Shown: positions 9,736-20,361, numbered from the stretch's first letter. The stretch: DNA of 62,272 bases from Candidatus Taenariivivens baikalensis (GCA_009691445.1 SICL01000009.1:1-62272), one strand, 5' to 3'. Numbers and translations are program-made. Notes: generated by a model not told the origin, from the sequence alone.

Positions 9736-10971
9736 ATGACAAGGAAGTTTTTAAATCTTTTTATTTTTTTGTTTCTGGCTGTTTTTTTCCCCTTTGTCTC
9801 GACGCTTTCTGCCGGTGAAATCGATGATAAATATCTCCTGACACGTGATGAGGAAATTCACGTTAAACAGGCCCGCGCCGGCGATTTGAACTATAAGATC
9901 GAAGCTCTCCACCAGCAGATTGTCCGAGAACAGGAGCAGCTTAAGATCACGAACGAAAAAATCTGGAAAGAATTCTCTCAAAACCTCGAAGTTGAACGCC
10001 GTGAGCTTCGTGAGAAGCTTGATACCATTACCCAGCGTCAGACCCAGTTTGAAGCTGAGCTGGAACGTAAACGCCAGCTTGATGAAGTCCGGGTGCATGA
10101 GAAAGATAATGAACTGAAACGGATGATGATGGATGTGGAACGTTTACGCCTTGAGATTGGGGAAGACCAAAAGGTGGTCGAGGATATGCGCCGTGCCGTG
10201 AAGGATCGAAAGGTCCGGTCTGAAGTGATTAACCAGGAAGGGAAAAAAGCTGAGGCAGGCAGCGAGGTCCTTCAAAATGGTGCGATTCATATTGGGAGCA
10301 TAAGCGGCCGTCAGGTTTTGGATAAAGGCTCGTTCAGTATGAAAAATGTTCAGCCTGAATACAGTCTTTCCGTGGGTGATATTTTGGGAATTGAGGTTTG
10401 GCATAATCCGGATCTGACGAGGAGAGTTTCCGTGCGGCCTGATGGACGCATCTCCCTTCCCTTGGCCGGCGATCTTGACGTGGTGGGCATCAGTCTGATT
10501 CAGCTGCGCGAAATGATTGCTGACAAGCTGAAGGATTATATTCGCAACCCTCAGGTGACGATCGCCATCGAGGGCTTTGGCGGCCGAAAATTTATTATGC
10601 TGGGAGAAATAAGCTCTCCAGGCGTGTACCGGTTTCAGGAGTCGATCACGCTTATTGAAGCGGTGGCTCTGGCAGGAGGTTTCACCAAAGAATCTCATCA
10701 TGGCAAGATTATGATTATCCGCGGGGATATTCGTAAACAGCAGCAGGTTAAAATCATTACGGTCAATGCAGCGAATATTCTCCAGCGCGGTATGCTGACT
10801 GAAAATCTTACGATTCTTCCCAACGACATTATTTTTCTGGGCAAAGACTTTCTTGGTGATTACCGCGCATTTATGGATGATGTGATTAATCCAAGCATCA
10901 GTAATATCCTCAATGTTTTTGTGCTGCGCGATGCTATCAACACCGCGAAACTGCCCATGACTGATAATTGA
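9736..10971 (+). CDS. wza: Polysaccharide export protein (Wza/OPX family) with N-terminal coiled coil
   Basis: YSLSVGDILGIEVW...VRPDGRISLPLAG Poly_export motif and SLBB-like GEISSPGVY...LIEAVALAGG; directly upstream of wzc. Confidence 0.85.
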   Translation: MTRKFLNLFIFLFLAVFFPFVSTLSAGEIDDKYLLTRDEEIHVKQARAGDLNYKIEALHQQIVREQEQLKITNEKIWKEFSQNLEVERRELREKLDTITQRQTQFEAELERKRQLDEVRVHEKDNELKRMMMDVERLRLEIGEDQKVVEDMRRAVKDRKVRSEVINQEGKKAEAGSEVLQNGAIHIGSISGRQVLDKGSFSMKNVQPEYSLSVGDILGIEVWHNPDLTRRVSVRPDGRISLPLAGDLDVVGISLIQLREMIADKLKDYIRNPQVTIAIEGFGGRKFIMLGEISSPGVYRFQESITLIEAVALAGGFTKESHHGKIMIIRGDIRKQQQVKIITVNAANILQRGMLTENLTILPNDIIFLGKDFLGDYRAFMDDVINPSISNILNVFVLRDAINTAKLPMTDN

Positions 10972-10990
10972 AATGATCCATAAAGAAAAA

Positions 10991-11061
10991 AGAAGAGGGA
11001 AGAGGGAAGAGAGAAGAGAGAAGATTTTTTCTTCCATCTTCCATCTTCCATCTTCCATCTT
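10991..11061. repeat. Inverted heptamer array (GAAGAGG / CTTCCAT)
   Basis: agaagagggaagagggaagagagaagagag ... cttccatcttccatcttccatcttccatct. Confidence 0.85.
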
Positions 11062-11079
11062 GTTTTTAGGTCGCGTGTC

Positions 11080-13074
11080 ATGGCTGAAGTAACCTCGCCT
11101 GCAGCAATGCTTCATAATCCTTCGGAAGGCAGTCGCTATGAGCTGACCTTAGGGGATTATTGGCGCATCCTGATTAAGCGCAAATTCATCATCTTTCTCA
11201 CCTTCATTTCTGTTCTCGTCGGAACGATTGCCTATACGAACGCGCAAATACCCATTTATCGGGCCGCTGCCGGTGTTAAGGTTTCCCAAGGTGGATCCGG
11301 GCGGGCTTTTATGAGTCCGGATATGTTTATGGGGGGCGGTTCTGATGCCATGGCCACTTATCAAAGCACCATGACGAGTCAGAAGGTGGTGGAGCGCGTA
11401 GTACTCCGGCTGGGATTGCTTGCGCCGGATGCGACCAAAGAGAGTCTGGCGGCCAAGGCTGATGAAATTCGTGATTCTATTTCGACCAAGCAGCTGGGTG
11501 ACACTAATATTATCAGTATTATCGTCCAGTATACCGACGCGAAGCTTTGCGCCTCGATTGCTAATCAAACGGCAGAAGTGTTCGTTGAAAACGACCTTCT
11601 TGACAAAACCCGGCAGGCTCGGAACCTTCGCCAGTTTGTCGAAAAACAGCTTTTTTTGTTTGAAGGAAAACTCAAGACCACGGAAGAAAAAATTCAGAAC
11701 TTCCGCCAGTCGGGAAAAGCACTGGGAATCGCGATCGGCCTGGAGCGGCAGCTTTCGGATTTGGAAAGAGAGCGTACCTTGCTGCTCAAGCAGTTTACCG
11801 AAAAACATCCGGATGTGGTCAAGGCTGATGAAATGATTGCCGGAGTCAGAAAAAATATTAAAAACCTTCCTTCCAATGAGCTTGAACTTGCCCGTCTTCA
11901 GCGGGACCTTGAAATCAATGATCGGTCCTATCGTGTCATGAAAGAAAAATTTGAGCAGGCGCGTCTTTCTGAAGTTGAGACGGTGAGTGAGGTCAGCGTG
12001 GCGGAGACTGCGTCTGTGAACAAGACGCCGATTTCTCCGAAAAAAAATCTGAATAAAATGATCGGATCCGTGGTTGGGATAATTCTCGGGATCATTTTTG
12101 CATTTGGCGTGGAGAGTCTTGATACCTCCATTGGAACCATTGAAGATGTGGAGCGAACGATCCGTCTGCCGGTCGTAGGGGTGGTGCCGTTCTTTGATCC
12201 TAGCGCGGAAGATTTGCCTTGGTGGCGCGTGGACCAAAGCATCATGCATATAGTCAAACGTCGCATGAGTTCAGCGCCTGACTCTTCGGCGCTTATTATG
12301 AATCAAGATTCATTTTCAACCTTATCTGAGGCCTACCGCATTTTACGAACCTTTGTTGAATTTATCCTGGAAAGGCAGCCGGGCGAAGGGGGGAAGGTTC
12401 TTTTGATCACGAGCACTGGACCGCAGGAAGGAAAATCACTTACCTCCTGCAATCTCGCGATATCCCTGGCCCAAGCGGGGCGTAAAACACTGTTGATTGA
12501 CGCGGATCTCCGGCGTCCTGTCGTTCATCGTCTTTTTGGTTTGAAACGCTCCCCCGGACTTGGAGAATTGCTTTTGAATATGGCTACCCTGGATGAAGTC
12601 AAATGCAGTATGGGGGATATCCTTATTGGGGAAAATTCCCAGTGGGATAAAGTGGTCTCTACCAAAATGCTGGACCGACTTGAAGTGATGCCCACGGGCC
12701 AATCGACTGAAAATCCTGCCGAACTTTTAGCATCAGCGGCCATGAAAAAGTTACTCATTGATCTTCGCCAAGTGTACGACTACGTTATTCTGGATACGCC
12801 GCCGGTGCTGCCGGTTACGGACGCGCGCACGCTGGGTATTTTGGCCGACTGTACTTTTTTTATTTATCGTGCTGGAAAAACGGCACGACGTTCACTCATT
12901 CGCGCCACCGAGGAACTGAATCTGGCCGGTGTTAAAGTCAAAGGGATTATCCTGAATCACGCCACGGCTGAAGCGACACTTACCGACCGTGATTATTATC
13001 AATATTACGGAGAAACCAAGAAAGAGAATCAGTCGCAGAAAAGACAACAACAGCAAGCTCAACGAAAAAAGTGA
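11080..13074 (+). CDS. wzc: Polysaccharide co-polymerase / BY-kinase
   Basis: Two TM helices, periplasmic coiled coil, Walker A TSTGPQEGKS, LLIDADLRRP, VILDTPP and C-terminal Tyr cluster DYYQYY. Confidence 0.92.
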   Translation: MAEVTSPAAMLHNPSEGSRYELTLGDYWRILIKRKFIIFLTFISVLVGTIAYTNAQIPIYRAAAGVKVSQGGSGRAFMSPDMFMGGGSDAMATYQSTMTSQKVVERVVLRLGLLAPDATKESLAAKADEIRDSISTKQLGDTNIISIIVQYTDAKLCASIANQTAEVFVENDLLDKTRQARNLRQFVEKQLFLFEGKLKTTEEKIQNFRQSGKALGIAIGLERQLSDLERERTLLLKQFTEKHPDVVKADEMIAGVRKNIKNLPSNELELARLQRDLEINDRSYRVMKEKFEQARLSEVETVSEVSVAETASVNKTPISPKKNLNKMIGSVVGIILGIIFAFGVESLDTSIGTIEDVERTIRLPVVGVVPFFDPSAEDLPWWRVDQSIMHIVKRRMSSAPDSSALIMNQDSFSTLSEAYRILRTFVEFILERQPGEGGKVLLITSTGPQEGKSLTSCNLAISLAQAGRKTLLIDADLRRPVVHRLFGLKRSPGLGELLLNMATLDEVKCSMGDILIGENSQWDKVVSTKMLDRLEVMPTGQSTENPAELLASAAMKKLLIDLRQVYDYVILDTPPVLPVTDARTLGILADCTFFIYRAGKTARRSLIRATEELNLAGVKVKGIILNHATAEATLTDRDYYQYYGETKKENQSQKRQQQQAQRKK

Positions 13075-13087
13075 TCAAAGGTCAAGT

Positions 13088-13179
13088 AGGAAGAGAGAAG
13101 AAGGAAGAAGGAAGAGGGAAGAGGGAAGAAAACTCTCTTCTTTTTTCTCTTCCATCTTCCTTCTTCCCTCTTCTCTCTC
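13088..13179. repeat. Inverted heptamer array (GAAGAGG / CTTCCCT)
   Basis: ggaagagagaagaaggaagaaggaagagggaagagggaaga ... tcttccatcttccttcttccctcttctctctc. Confidence 0.85.
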
Positions 13180-13193
13180 GGGAGTACATCTAA

Positions 13194-14207
13194 GTGAAGC
13201 GTGTTCTTGTAACAGGCGGCGCGGGTTTTATCGGATCTCATCTCGTGGATTATCTTTTGAAGCGGGGAGATACGGTGACATGTCTTGATAATCTTACGAC
13301 AGGTTCCCGGGTTAATATCGAGCACCACGCTAAGAATAAACAATTCAAGGTGGTTGAAGGGAGTATTTTGAATGAAAGCCTTGTGGAACAGGCGGTCCTT
13401 GAAGCCGATTTAATTTTTCATCTCGCGGCAGCCGTCGGTGTACGTCATATTGTGCAAAATCCGCTGGAGTCGATTATTGTAAATGTCGAAGGGACGGCCT
13501 GTGTGTTGCGATACGCGCATAAGTATAAAAAGAAAATTGTTTTGGCATCTTCCTCTGAAGTTTATGGCAAAAGTAATGCCGTGCCTTACCGAGAAGACGG
13601 AGACCGTTTGCTTGGATCGACAACGATTAATCGATGGTCGTACGCAGCCAGCAAGGCGATTGATGAGCATATGGCGCTGAATTATGCCTCGCAGGGGCTT
13701 CCGGTCGTGATTCTCCGTTTTTTTAATACCTATGGCCCGCGGATTAATGAACAGGCTTATGGGACGGTGATTGCTCAGTTTATCCGTCAGGCATTTTTAA
13801 ATGATCCGATGACGGTGCATGGGAGCGGTTATCAGGTGCGGTGCTTCACCTATGTGGAAGATACGGTGGCGGGGGTGGTGAGTTCTTCGGAAATCAAAGA
13901 AGCGGAAGGCCAGATTTTTAATCTTGGGAATCCGCGGCCCTGGACGGTTGTGGATTTAGCCCAATTGGTAAAAAAAATCACGCGTTCAAAATCCGAAATC
14001 AGTCATGTCCCGTACAAGGATTATTACGGTCTCAGTTATGAAGATACGCCCATCCGGATTCCTGATATTACCAAGGCTCACCAAATTCTGGATTTTAATC
14101 CGGAGATTCATTTGGAAGAGGGGCTTCGCCGGACGATCAACTGGTGCCGGGAAAATTATCAATCTGCCCGCAACACGCAAAAAAAGAACCGCATTTTATC
14201 CGATTAA
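13194..14207 (+). CDS. NAD-dependent nucleotide-sugar epimerase/dehydratase/decarboxylase (extended SDR)
   Basis: GGAGFIGSH Rossmann motif, SSSEVYG, YAASK catalytic motif, RFFNTYGPR. Confidence 0.9.
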   Translation: MKRVLVTGGAGFIGSHLVDYLLKRGDTVTCLDNLTTGSRVNIEHHAKNKQFKVVEGSILNESLVEQAVLEADLIFHLAAAVGVRHIVQNPLESIIVNVEGTACVLRYAHKYKKKIVLASSSEVYGKSNAVPYREDGDRLLGSTTINRWSYAASKAIDEHMALNYASQGLPVVILRFFNTYGPRINEQAYGTVIAQFIRQAFLNDPMTVHGSGYQVRCFTYVEDTVAGVVSSSEIKEAEGQIFNLGNPRPWTVVDLAQLVKKITRSKSEISHVPYKDYYGLSYEDTPIRIPDITKAHQILDFNPEIHLEEGLRRTINWCRENYQSARNTQKKNRILSD

Positions 14208-14250
14208 AAGACCTTTTTAAAATGGTCGGAATTTTTCGATAACAAGATAC

Positions 14251-14320
14251 GTCATTGCGAGGGAACGTAGCGACCGCGGCAATCTCTCTGCCGGGATTGC
14301 TTCGCTTCGCTCGCAATGAC
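14251..14320. repeat. REP-like palindrome
   Basis: gtcattgcgag...gcaatct...gattgc...ctcgcaatgac with perfect 11-bp terminal inverted repeat. Confidence 0.85.
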
Positions 14321-14336
14321 GAGAATGAAATAATCT

Positions 14337-15770
14337 ATGGCGCAACTTTTCGGCATGATCCTCGTTGTCCTTGCGATGCTGGGGCTCGGGATCTATATTG
14401 GCCCCACCGTTATCGAGAATCCTCAGATTATTATTGGCACTGCCGTGGGAGGATTCGTCCTGCTTTTGGCGCTTACCCGGTTTAATTTGGCCCTGATGTT
14501 TTTGCTTTTTATCATCCCTTTTTCTGTTCAATTTAATTTGGGGTATTTGACGGGCAAAACCCCCATTGATTTTAGTGTGGATGATTTTTTTATCATTTGT
14601 GTTGCATTCACATGGCTTGTTTATCTTACGAAATCCCGTAAGCCGCCTTATGTCGCGAATTCAATGACTTGGCCCTTTGTGGCCTATTTTTCAGCGAGTC
14701 TCATTTCCTTTATCCCTATGGTTGCTTCGGGTAAAGGAAACATTGCTCTTTCAATGCTCCACCTGATTAAATGGTATGAATATGTGTTCGTTTATTTTGT
14801 GCTCGTCCGGACACTGGAGAGCAGGGAGCAGATTGTCAAGTTTGCGGTGCTTCAAATTATCAGCAGCGTGATGATTACCTTGTTTCAGTTTTTTCAGATT
14901 CTTACCGGCTTTGCCCGGGGGCAAACATCGGGATTCGCTCACTCGGCCATGGCGACCTTTGGCAGTAATGGAATTCTGGGCGCTTATTATGTCTTTTTTT
15001 TATCGATTATTATCTCCTTCATTGTGACGGCGAAGTCACCCAAATATCGTCTGTGGCTTTTCGCAAGTGCCGGGCTTATGGCCTTTACCCTGTTTTATAC
15101 GTTTGCCCGTTCCGCTTATCTGGGTATGGTTGTTGCTTTTATTGTCTTGGGATTTCTTCACCGCAAAATGATGGCGATCTTTTCGCTTCTGCTTTTATGT
15201 ATGCTTCCGGCGGTTTCGAGCAAGGCTGTGAATCAGAGAATTAGCATGACGACGAACCTCAATGCCAGGGCCCTTCAGCGCGTGGGACATTTCAACGGCA
15301 ATCGGAATGCTTTTTATAAAATGGCGCAGTCTTCAGGGGGGATTACCCTGGACGAATCTTCGATGGAGCGGCTTAAAGCCTGGAGAAGAGCTAAACAAGT
15401 TATTTACGATAATCTCTTTATTGGGACCGGCTATTGGAGTGGACGCTTCGTTGGAATTTTCGGCATGACCACTGCCCATAGTTTTTATGTGACCACCATT
15501 TTGGAGCTTGGGATCGTGGGATTAGGATCCTTTATCTGGCTTTCCTGGGCCCTTATTTTTAATGCGGCTATCTTCGGTGACAAAACGCGTGATTCTTTTT
15601 ATTGTGCGATTAGCCGGGGACTTGTCGCCGGCTATGTCGGTATCCTCGTCCACTGTGTTTTTGGAGAAACGTTTGAAGACTTTCGTTTGACGGGTCCGCT
15701 CTGGATGATGTGCGGTATTGTTTTCGCCGCCAAACGTATCGATGAAGAAGCCAGAGGGATTTATCGTTAG
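14337..15770 (+). CDS. O-antigen ligase / Wzy_C family membrane protein
   Basis: Many TM helices, TFARSAYLG, ERLKAW...IGTG and AHSFYVTTILELGIVG motifs. Confidence 0.85.
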   Translation: MAQLFGMILVVLAMLGLGIYIGPTVIENPQIIIGTAVGGFVLLLALTRFNLALMFLLFIIPFSVQFNLGYLTGKTPIDFSVDDFFIICVAFTWLVYLTKSRKPPYVANSMTWPFVAYFSASLISFIPMVASGKGNIALSMLHLIKWYEYVFVYFVLVRTLESREQIVKFAVLQIISSVMITLFQFFQILTGFARGQTSGFAHSAMATFGSNGILGAYYVFFLSIIISFIVTAKSPKYRLWLFASAGLMAFTLFYTFARSAYLGMVVAFIVLGFLHRKMMAIFSLLLLCMLPAVSSKAVNQRISMTTNLNARALQRVGHFNGNRNAFYKMAQSSGGITLDESSMERLKAWRRAKQVIYDNLFIGTGYWSGRFVGIFGMTTAHSFYVTTILELGIVGLGSFIWLSWALIFNAAIFGDKTRDSFYCAISRGLVAGYVGILVHCVFGETFEDFRLTGPLWMMCGIVFAAKRIDEEARGIYR

Positions 15771-17316
15771 CTGTCAAAATCCGGAAAAAAGAAAGGCTCT
15801 TTTTTCCTGGGGTTTGTTTGGAATCGTGCTGCTTGGCATCGCAGGATTTATTTTACTGAGCGGCCTGACGGCTTATCCTGTTCCTTATACGGACGGCGTG
15901 TGCTATTTGATTCCCTCCATTAATTTGAAGGCCGGCCACGGCTTTGTGAACCAGGTGATTGATTATTCCTATTTGTATGATACGACTGGCAAGGCTAAAT
16001 TTAATTATTACGTGCCGCTTTTTTTTCTGACCCTTGCGGCCATGATCCGCCACCCTCATCCGGTAGATACTCTGGCAGCAATTGCTTTGATCAATCTCGC
16101 CAGTCTGTTCCTGAGCGCTTATCTTTTCTACCGGGCAGCCCGGTGGAAACAACCTCTTCGTCTATTTTCCGCGGGTTTGATGAGCCTCTGTCTTTTAGGG
16201 CTTGCCACATCGTTCCCGGGACATTACGGCTGCCGGCCTGAGATTCTGGCGACTTTTGTGTTTGTCTGCGGCGCTTCGTGGCTTTTAAAATTCAAAACTG
16301 AAAAGCCGTGGATCGTGCTGGGAATCTGTCTGGGGCTGATGGCCGCGTCTTATCCCCCAGGTTCGATTGTGTTCGGAATCGGGATTGGCTTGTATTATTC
16401 GCTGACCCGCAAGACGAAATCTGTCATTCTGTTTATGGCGTTAACGTGCGGGATTGCCCTGGCGGTTTTTTTCCTGGTTTTAGGGTGCAGTCCGTACGGT
16501 ATTTCGGAGACCTTATCCGCGTGTTTGAAGCATATCAAGAATGAACGGGCCGTGTCAGTCAGGCAATTGATTCGATGGGGGCGTATTTTCTTTTATCCCA
16601 CCGGCACTTTTTACGCATCGATGATCCTTTTGGCAATCGGGGTCTTTGTAGATCTCCTTCGGATTCACTGGTCCAAGGTTGCTTCAAAGACTTTGACCGT
16701 GTTAGGAATGGCGTGCTTTTTTTTTGCAGTTAATTCGCTCACGATTAAATTCGGGGGCCGCCGTACGGCACCTCTTTATTTATTTTCTCCGGCTTTCTTC
16801 GTGATCCTGATTTATCGAATGACCCATCCTCCGATTCAAAACCGGTGGTGGAAATGGCTGATGATTTTTCTTGTAGCCCTGTGCTGTGCGGGATTTGTGA
16901 GAAGCGCCTTACTTTATCCATTTTATGAGAAAGAGGGTGTGAAACTTGAGCAGGCACGTCAGATCTTCTCAGGTTTTGTAAAACAAAAAGTTTTTGAGCA
17001 TCGTATCCTGGGTATTTCGGAATCTATGTGGGTGTTGTCAGAAGATTATGATCGCATGGTCATTTGTCAGGGTTGGACGGGGCGCTGCGATCTAAAAAAT
17101 GAAAATCTTGTCATCTTTTGGCAGCAGCAGGCCTCGGGGTGGGGAGAGCAGGCGCCGGAGATACATTTAGGATTCAAAAAAATTTGGGATAATTTTGTTC
17201 CCTCGGAGCCGAGAATTTTTGGAATCAAGCTGGCCCACACCATTCCCGGTTATGCCTTTGCGATCTATGTTCCCCCGGATCAATACGAATCTTTCAAGCA
17301 GCAGTTGTCATTCTGA
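15742..17316 (+). CDS. Polytopic membrane protein, probable GT-C-fold glycosyltransferase
   Basis: ~11 TM segments, acidic residue after TM1 (PYTDG), RPE motif; polysaccharide-locus context. Start uncertain (15718 or 15742). Confidence 0.6.
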   Translation: MKKPEGFIVSCQNPEKRKALFSWGLFGIVLLGIAGFILLSGLTAYPVPYTDGVCYLIPSINLKAGHGFVNQVIDYSYLYDTTGKAKFNYYVPLFFLTLAAMIRHPHPVDTLAAIALINLASLFLSAYLFYRAARWKQPLRLFSAGLMSLCLLGLATSFPGHYGCRPEILATFVFVCGASWLLKFKTEKPWIVLGICLGLMAASYPPGSIVFGIGIGLYYSLTRKTKSVILFMALTCGIALAVFFLVLGCSPYGISETLSACLKHIKNERAVSVRQLIRWGRIFFYPTGTFYASMILLAIGVFVDLLRIHWSKVASKTLTVLGMACFFFAVNSLTIKFGGRRTAPLYLFSPAFFVILIYRMTHPPIQNRWWKWLMIFLVALCCAGFVRSALLYPFYEKEGVKLEQARQIFSGFVKQKVFEHRILGISESMWVLSEDYDRMVICQGWTGRCDLKNENLVIFWQQQASGWGEQAPEIHLGFKKIWDNFVPSEPRIFGIKLAHTIPGYAFAIYVPPDQYESFKQQLSF

Positions 17317-17326
17317 GAATCGTTTG

Positions 17327-17356
17327 TTGACAAGCTGAAGGCGTGTTTGGTAATAT
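17327..17356 (+). promoter_or_regulatory. Sigma70 promoter for guaB-guaA
   Basis: TTGACA-N18-TAATAT with TG extension. Confidence 0.6.
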
Positions 17357-17481
17357 TCGCCATGGATCAGTCAATTTTCGATCACCCCCGCTTTTTTCCG
17401 TCTTTTCAAAGAGTTTTTCCGATTTTCAAAAAAGCTCGCGTGTGAGTTTTTTTGATTTAAACGTTTAGAAGGAGTCTTTTC

Positions 17482-18642
17482 ATGTCCCAGTTTATTGGCC
17501 GTGATCGAAAAGCCCGTCGTGCTTATGGATTTGATGAAATAGCCCTTGTCCCCAGTGATATGACGATCAATCCGGATGAAGTGGACATTAAGCTGACGCT
17601 GGGAGATCAAACCTTTGGAATCCCTTTTTTAGCCTCAGCCATGGACGGAGTGGTGGATCCGGCATTTGCAATTGCGATGGGAAAGCTGGGTGGTTTGGCT
17701 GTGCTCAATCTGGAAGGAATTTATGTGCGCTACGAAGATTATCAGTCGATCTTGGAAGACATTGCAACGGCTACACCGGAACAAGCCACGAAGCTGGTTC
17801 AAAAGCTTTATGAAGAACCGATTAAAGAAAAACTGATTGCCAAGCGTATCAGGGAAATCAAGAAGGCCAAAGTGCCCTGCGCAGTCAGTTCGATTCCTCA
17901 AAAGGCTGAAAAATATGGGAAGATTGCCGAAGAAGCTGGCGCCGATATTTTTGTGGTGCAATCCACCGTGACAACGGTGAAACATGTTTCAAGCGCTTAT
18001 AAAGTTGTGGATTTTACCAAGTTCTGTAAATCGATGAAGATTCCTGTGCTTCTTGGGAATTGTGTGACGTACAAGGTTGCGCTCGATCTTGCAGACACCG
18101 GATGCGCGGGAATTTTAGTGGGCATTGGTCCTGGTTCGGCCTGCACGACGCGTGGTGTTCTTGGGCTTGGAGTTCCTCAGGTCACGGCGATTGCAGATTG
18201 CGCGGCTGCCCGGGAAGTCTATTATAAGAAGACAGGACGCCGTGTTGCCATTATTGCCGACGGCGGGATGTCTACGGGCGGGGATGTGTGTAAATCTTTT
18301 GCTTGTGGGGCGGATGCCGTGATGGTTGGCTCTGCCTTTGCTCGTGCCAAGGAAGCGCCAGGTAAAGGGTTTCACTGGGGCATGGCGACTCCTCATGCCA
18401 ATCTTCCGCGCGGGACAAGGATCCGGGTGGGAACGACCGGATCCCTCGAACAGATTCTCTACGGCCCTGCGGACCTTGATGATGGAACGCAAAATCTTGT
18501 GGGGGCGCTTCGTACTTCGATGGGCAACCTGGGCGCCAGCACGATTCCCGAGATGCAGCTGACGGAAATTGTCATTGCTCCTGCGATTCGAACCGAAGGA
18601 AAACTTTTCCAATCTGCGCAGCGCGTGGGAATGGGCAAATAA
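17482..18642 (+). CDS. guaB: IMP dehydrogenase-family protein (GuaB3 type, no CBS domains)
   Basis: YGFDEIALVP, ASAMD, catalytic GIGPGSACTT, IADGG; adjacent to guaA. Confidence 0.9.
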   Translation: MSQFIGRDRKARRAYGFDEIALVPSDMTINPDEVDIKLTLGDQTFGIPFLASAMDGVVDPAFAIAMGKLGGLAVLNLEGIYVRYEDYQSILEDIATATPEQATKLVQKLYEEPIKEKLIAKRIREIKKAKVPCAVSSIPQKAEKYGKIAEEAGADIFVVQSTVTTVKHVSSAYKVVDFTKFCKSMKIPVLLGNCVTYKVALDLADTGCAGILVGIGPGSACTTRGVLGLGVPQVTAIADCAAAREVYYKKTGRRVAIIADGGMSTGGDVCKSFACGADAVMVGSAFARAKEAPGKGFHWGMATPHANLPRGTRIRVGTTGSLEQILYGPADLDDGTQNLVGALRTSMGNLGASTIPEMQLTEIVIAPAIRTEGKLFQSAQRVGMGK

Positions 18643-18649
18643 ATTAATC

Positions 18650-18732
18650 GAAGCGGAATCACGCGGATAAAAAATCGCAGAAATACGCCGAGCTAAGGGG
18701 TTCTGCGTCAATCCGCGTTTTCTTCCGCGTTT
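18650..18732. repeat. Inverted degenerate tandem array (CGCGGA / TCCGCG)
   Basis: aagcggaatcacgcggata...cgcaga ... tctgcgtcaatccgcgttttcttccgcgttt; same family as 46887-46980. Confidence 0.75.
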
Positions 18733-18748
18733 ATTAGAGATGTTTTAA

Positions 18749-20287
18749 ATGAATCAGACACTCATCATCCTTGATTTCGGATCTCAATACACGCAGCTCA
18801 TTGCGCGGCGTGTCAGAGAGCAAAAAGTTTTCTGTAAGATTCTGCCTTATCACGCAGCCCTTGCCGTAATTGCCGCTGAAAAACCCAAGGGGATTATTCT
18901 TTCCGGGTCTCCGGCGAATGTCTATGGTCCTAAAGCGCCTATTCCCGATCTTCGGCTTTTTGATTTGGGAGTGCCGATATTCGGAATTTGTTATGGCCTT
19001 CAGTTGATGGCGCATGTCCTGAACGGTAAAGTTCATAAGTCCTCAAAGCGCGAATACGGGTTTTCTGAGCTTGTGGTGGATAAACCCAGCGGACTTTTTA
19101 AAGGCCTCCCTAAAAATTTTACGTGCTGGATGAGTCACGGTGATAAGCTGGATCGTCTGCCCCAGGGCTTTGTGAGCGTGGCTCATACTTCGAATTCCCC
19201 GATTGCCGCAGTGGCGAATTTTCAAAGAAAGATTTTTGGTGTGCAGTTTCATCCGGAGGTAGTTCACACGCCGCTTGGCAGCAAGATTATTGCCAATTTT
19301 CTTTTTGAGGTCTGCGGATTTTACGGTGATTGGACTTCCAAGGCGTTTATCCGGGAATCAATCCGGAAAATTCGCCGGGAAGTTGGGCACTCGAAGGTGG
19401 TATTAGGCCTTTCAGGCGGCGTGGATTCTTCCGTCGCTGCCGTATTAATCCACAAGGCCATTGGAAAACAACTCACCTGTATTTTTGTGGATAACGGACT
19501 TCTCCGCCTTCATGAGATGGATCAGATCCGAAGTATCTTTCAGAGGCATTTTAAAATGAATATCCGTATTGTGGATGCGCGCAAAAATTTTCTTACCGAG
19601 CTCCGGGGCGTCGTGGATCCGGAGAAAAAGCGGAAAATTATTGGCCGTGTCTTCATCGAAGTTTTTGACCGGGAAGCTAAAAAGATCGGCAAGGTTAATT
19701 TCTTGGGACAAGGGACACTTTATCCCGATGTGATTGAATCGGTTTCCGTTCACGGAGGACCCGCGAGTATGATTAAAAGTCATCATAATGTCGGGGGGCT
19801 TCCCAAAAAAATTCGTTTTAAACTTCTTGAGCCGCTGCGTGAACTTTTTAAAGATGAGGTGCGTGCGGCAGGCCGGGCACTCGGACTTAAAAGTGAAGTG
19901 GTTGACCGTCACCCTTTCCCGGGGCCAGGACTTGCCGTGCGGATTATTGGGGATGTGACGGAGTCGCGTCTTGGACTTCTGCGTGCGGCCGACTGGATTG
20001 TGATTGATGAAATTAAAAAAGCAAAGCTCTATCATCAAATTTGGCAGGCCTTTGCTGTTTTTCTTCCCATTAAGAGCGTCGGTGTTATGGGTGATGAGAG
20101 GACCTATGAGAATGCGGTTGCCGTGCGCGCGGTTACTTCCCAGGATGGGATGACTGCGGATTGGGCACGCATTCCTCCTGAAGTTTTAAGCCGCATTTCA
20201 AGCCGCATTATTAATGAAGTGCGCGGGATTAATCGTGTCTGCTATGATATATCGAGTAAACCGCCTGCCACAATCGAGTGGGAATAA
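18749..20287 (+). CDS. guaA: GMP synthase (glutamine-hydrolysing)
   Basis: LDFGSQY, GICYG, QFHPEV, LSGGVDS, IKSHHNVGG, KPPATIEWE. Confidence 0.97.
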   Translation: MNQTLIILDFGSQYTQLIARRVREQKVFCKILPYHAALAVIAAEKPKGIILSGSPANVYGPKAPIPDLRLFDLGVPIFGICYGLQLMAHVLNGKVHKSSKREYGFSELVVDKPSGLFKGLPKNFTCWMSHGDKLDRLPQGFVSVAHTSNSPIAAVANFQRKIFGVQFHPEVVHTPLGSKIIANFLFEVCGFYGDWTSKAFIRESIRKIRREVGHSKVVLGLSGGVDSSVAAVLIHKAIGKQLTCIFVDNGLLRLHEMDQIRSIFQRHFKMNIRIVDARKNFLTELRGVVDPEKKRKIIGRVFIEVFDREAKKIGKVNFLGQGTLYPDVIESVSVHGGPASMIKSHHNVGGLPKKIRFKLLEPLRELFKDEVRAAGRALGLKSEVVDRHPFPGPGLAVRIIGDVTESRLGLLRAADWIVIDEIKKAKLYHQIWQAFAVFLPIKSVGVMGDERTYENAVAVRAVTSQDGMTADWARIPPEVLSRISSRIINEVRGINRVCYDISSKPPATIEWE

Positions 20288-20291
20288 TTTT

Positions 20292-20359
20292 GTGAAGCGT
20301 GAAGCGTTGTACGTGAAGCTGAATAGGACGTTTCACGTTTCACTCAATACGCTTCACGT
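20292..20359. repeat. Inverted heptamer array (CGTGAAG / CTTCACG)
   Basis: gtgaagcgtgaagcg...cgtgaagc ... gtttcacgtttcac...gcttcacg; same unit as 41140-41205. Confidence 0.8.
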
Positions 20360-20361
20360 TT

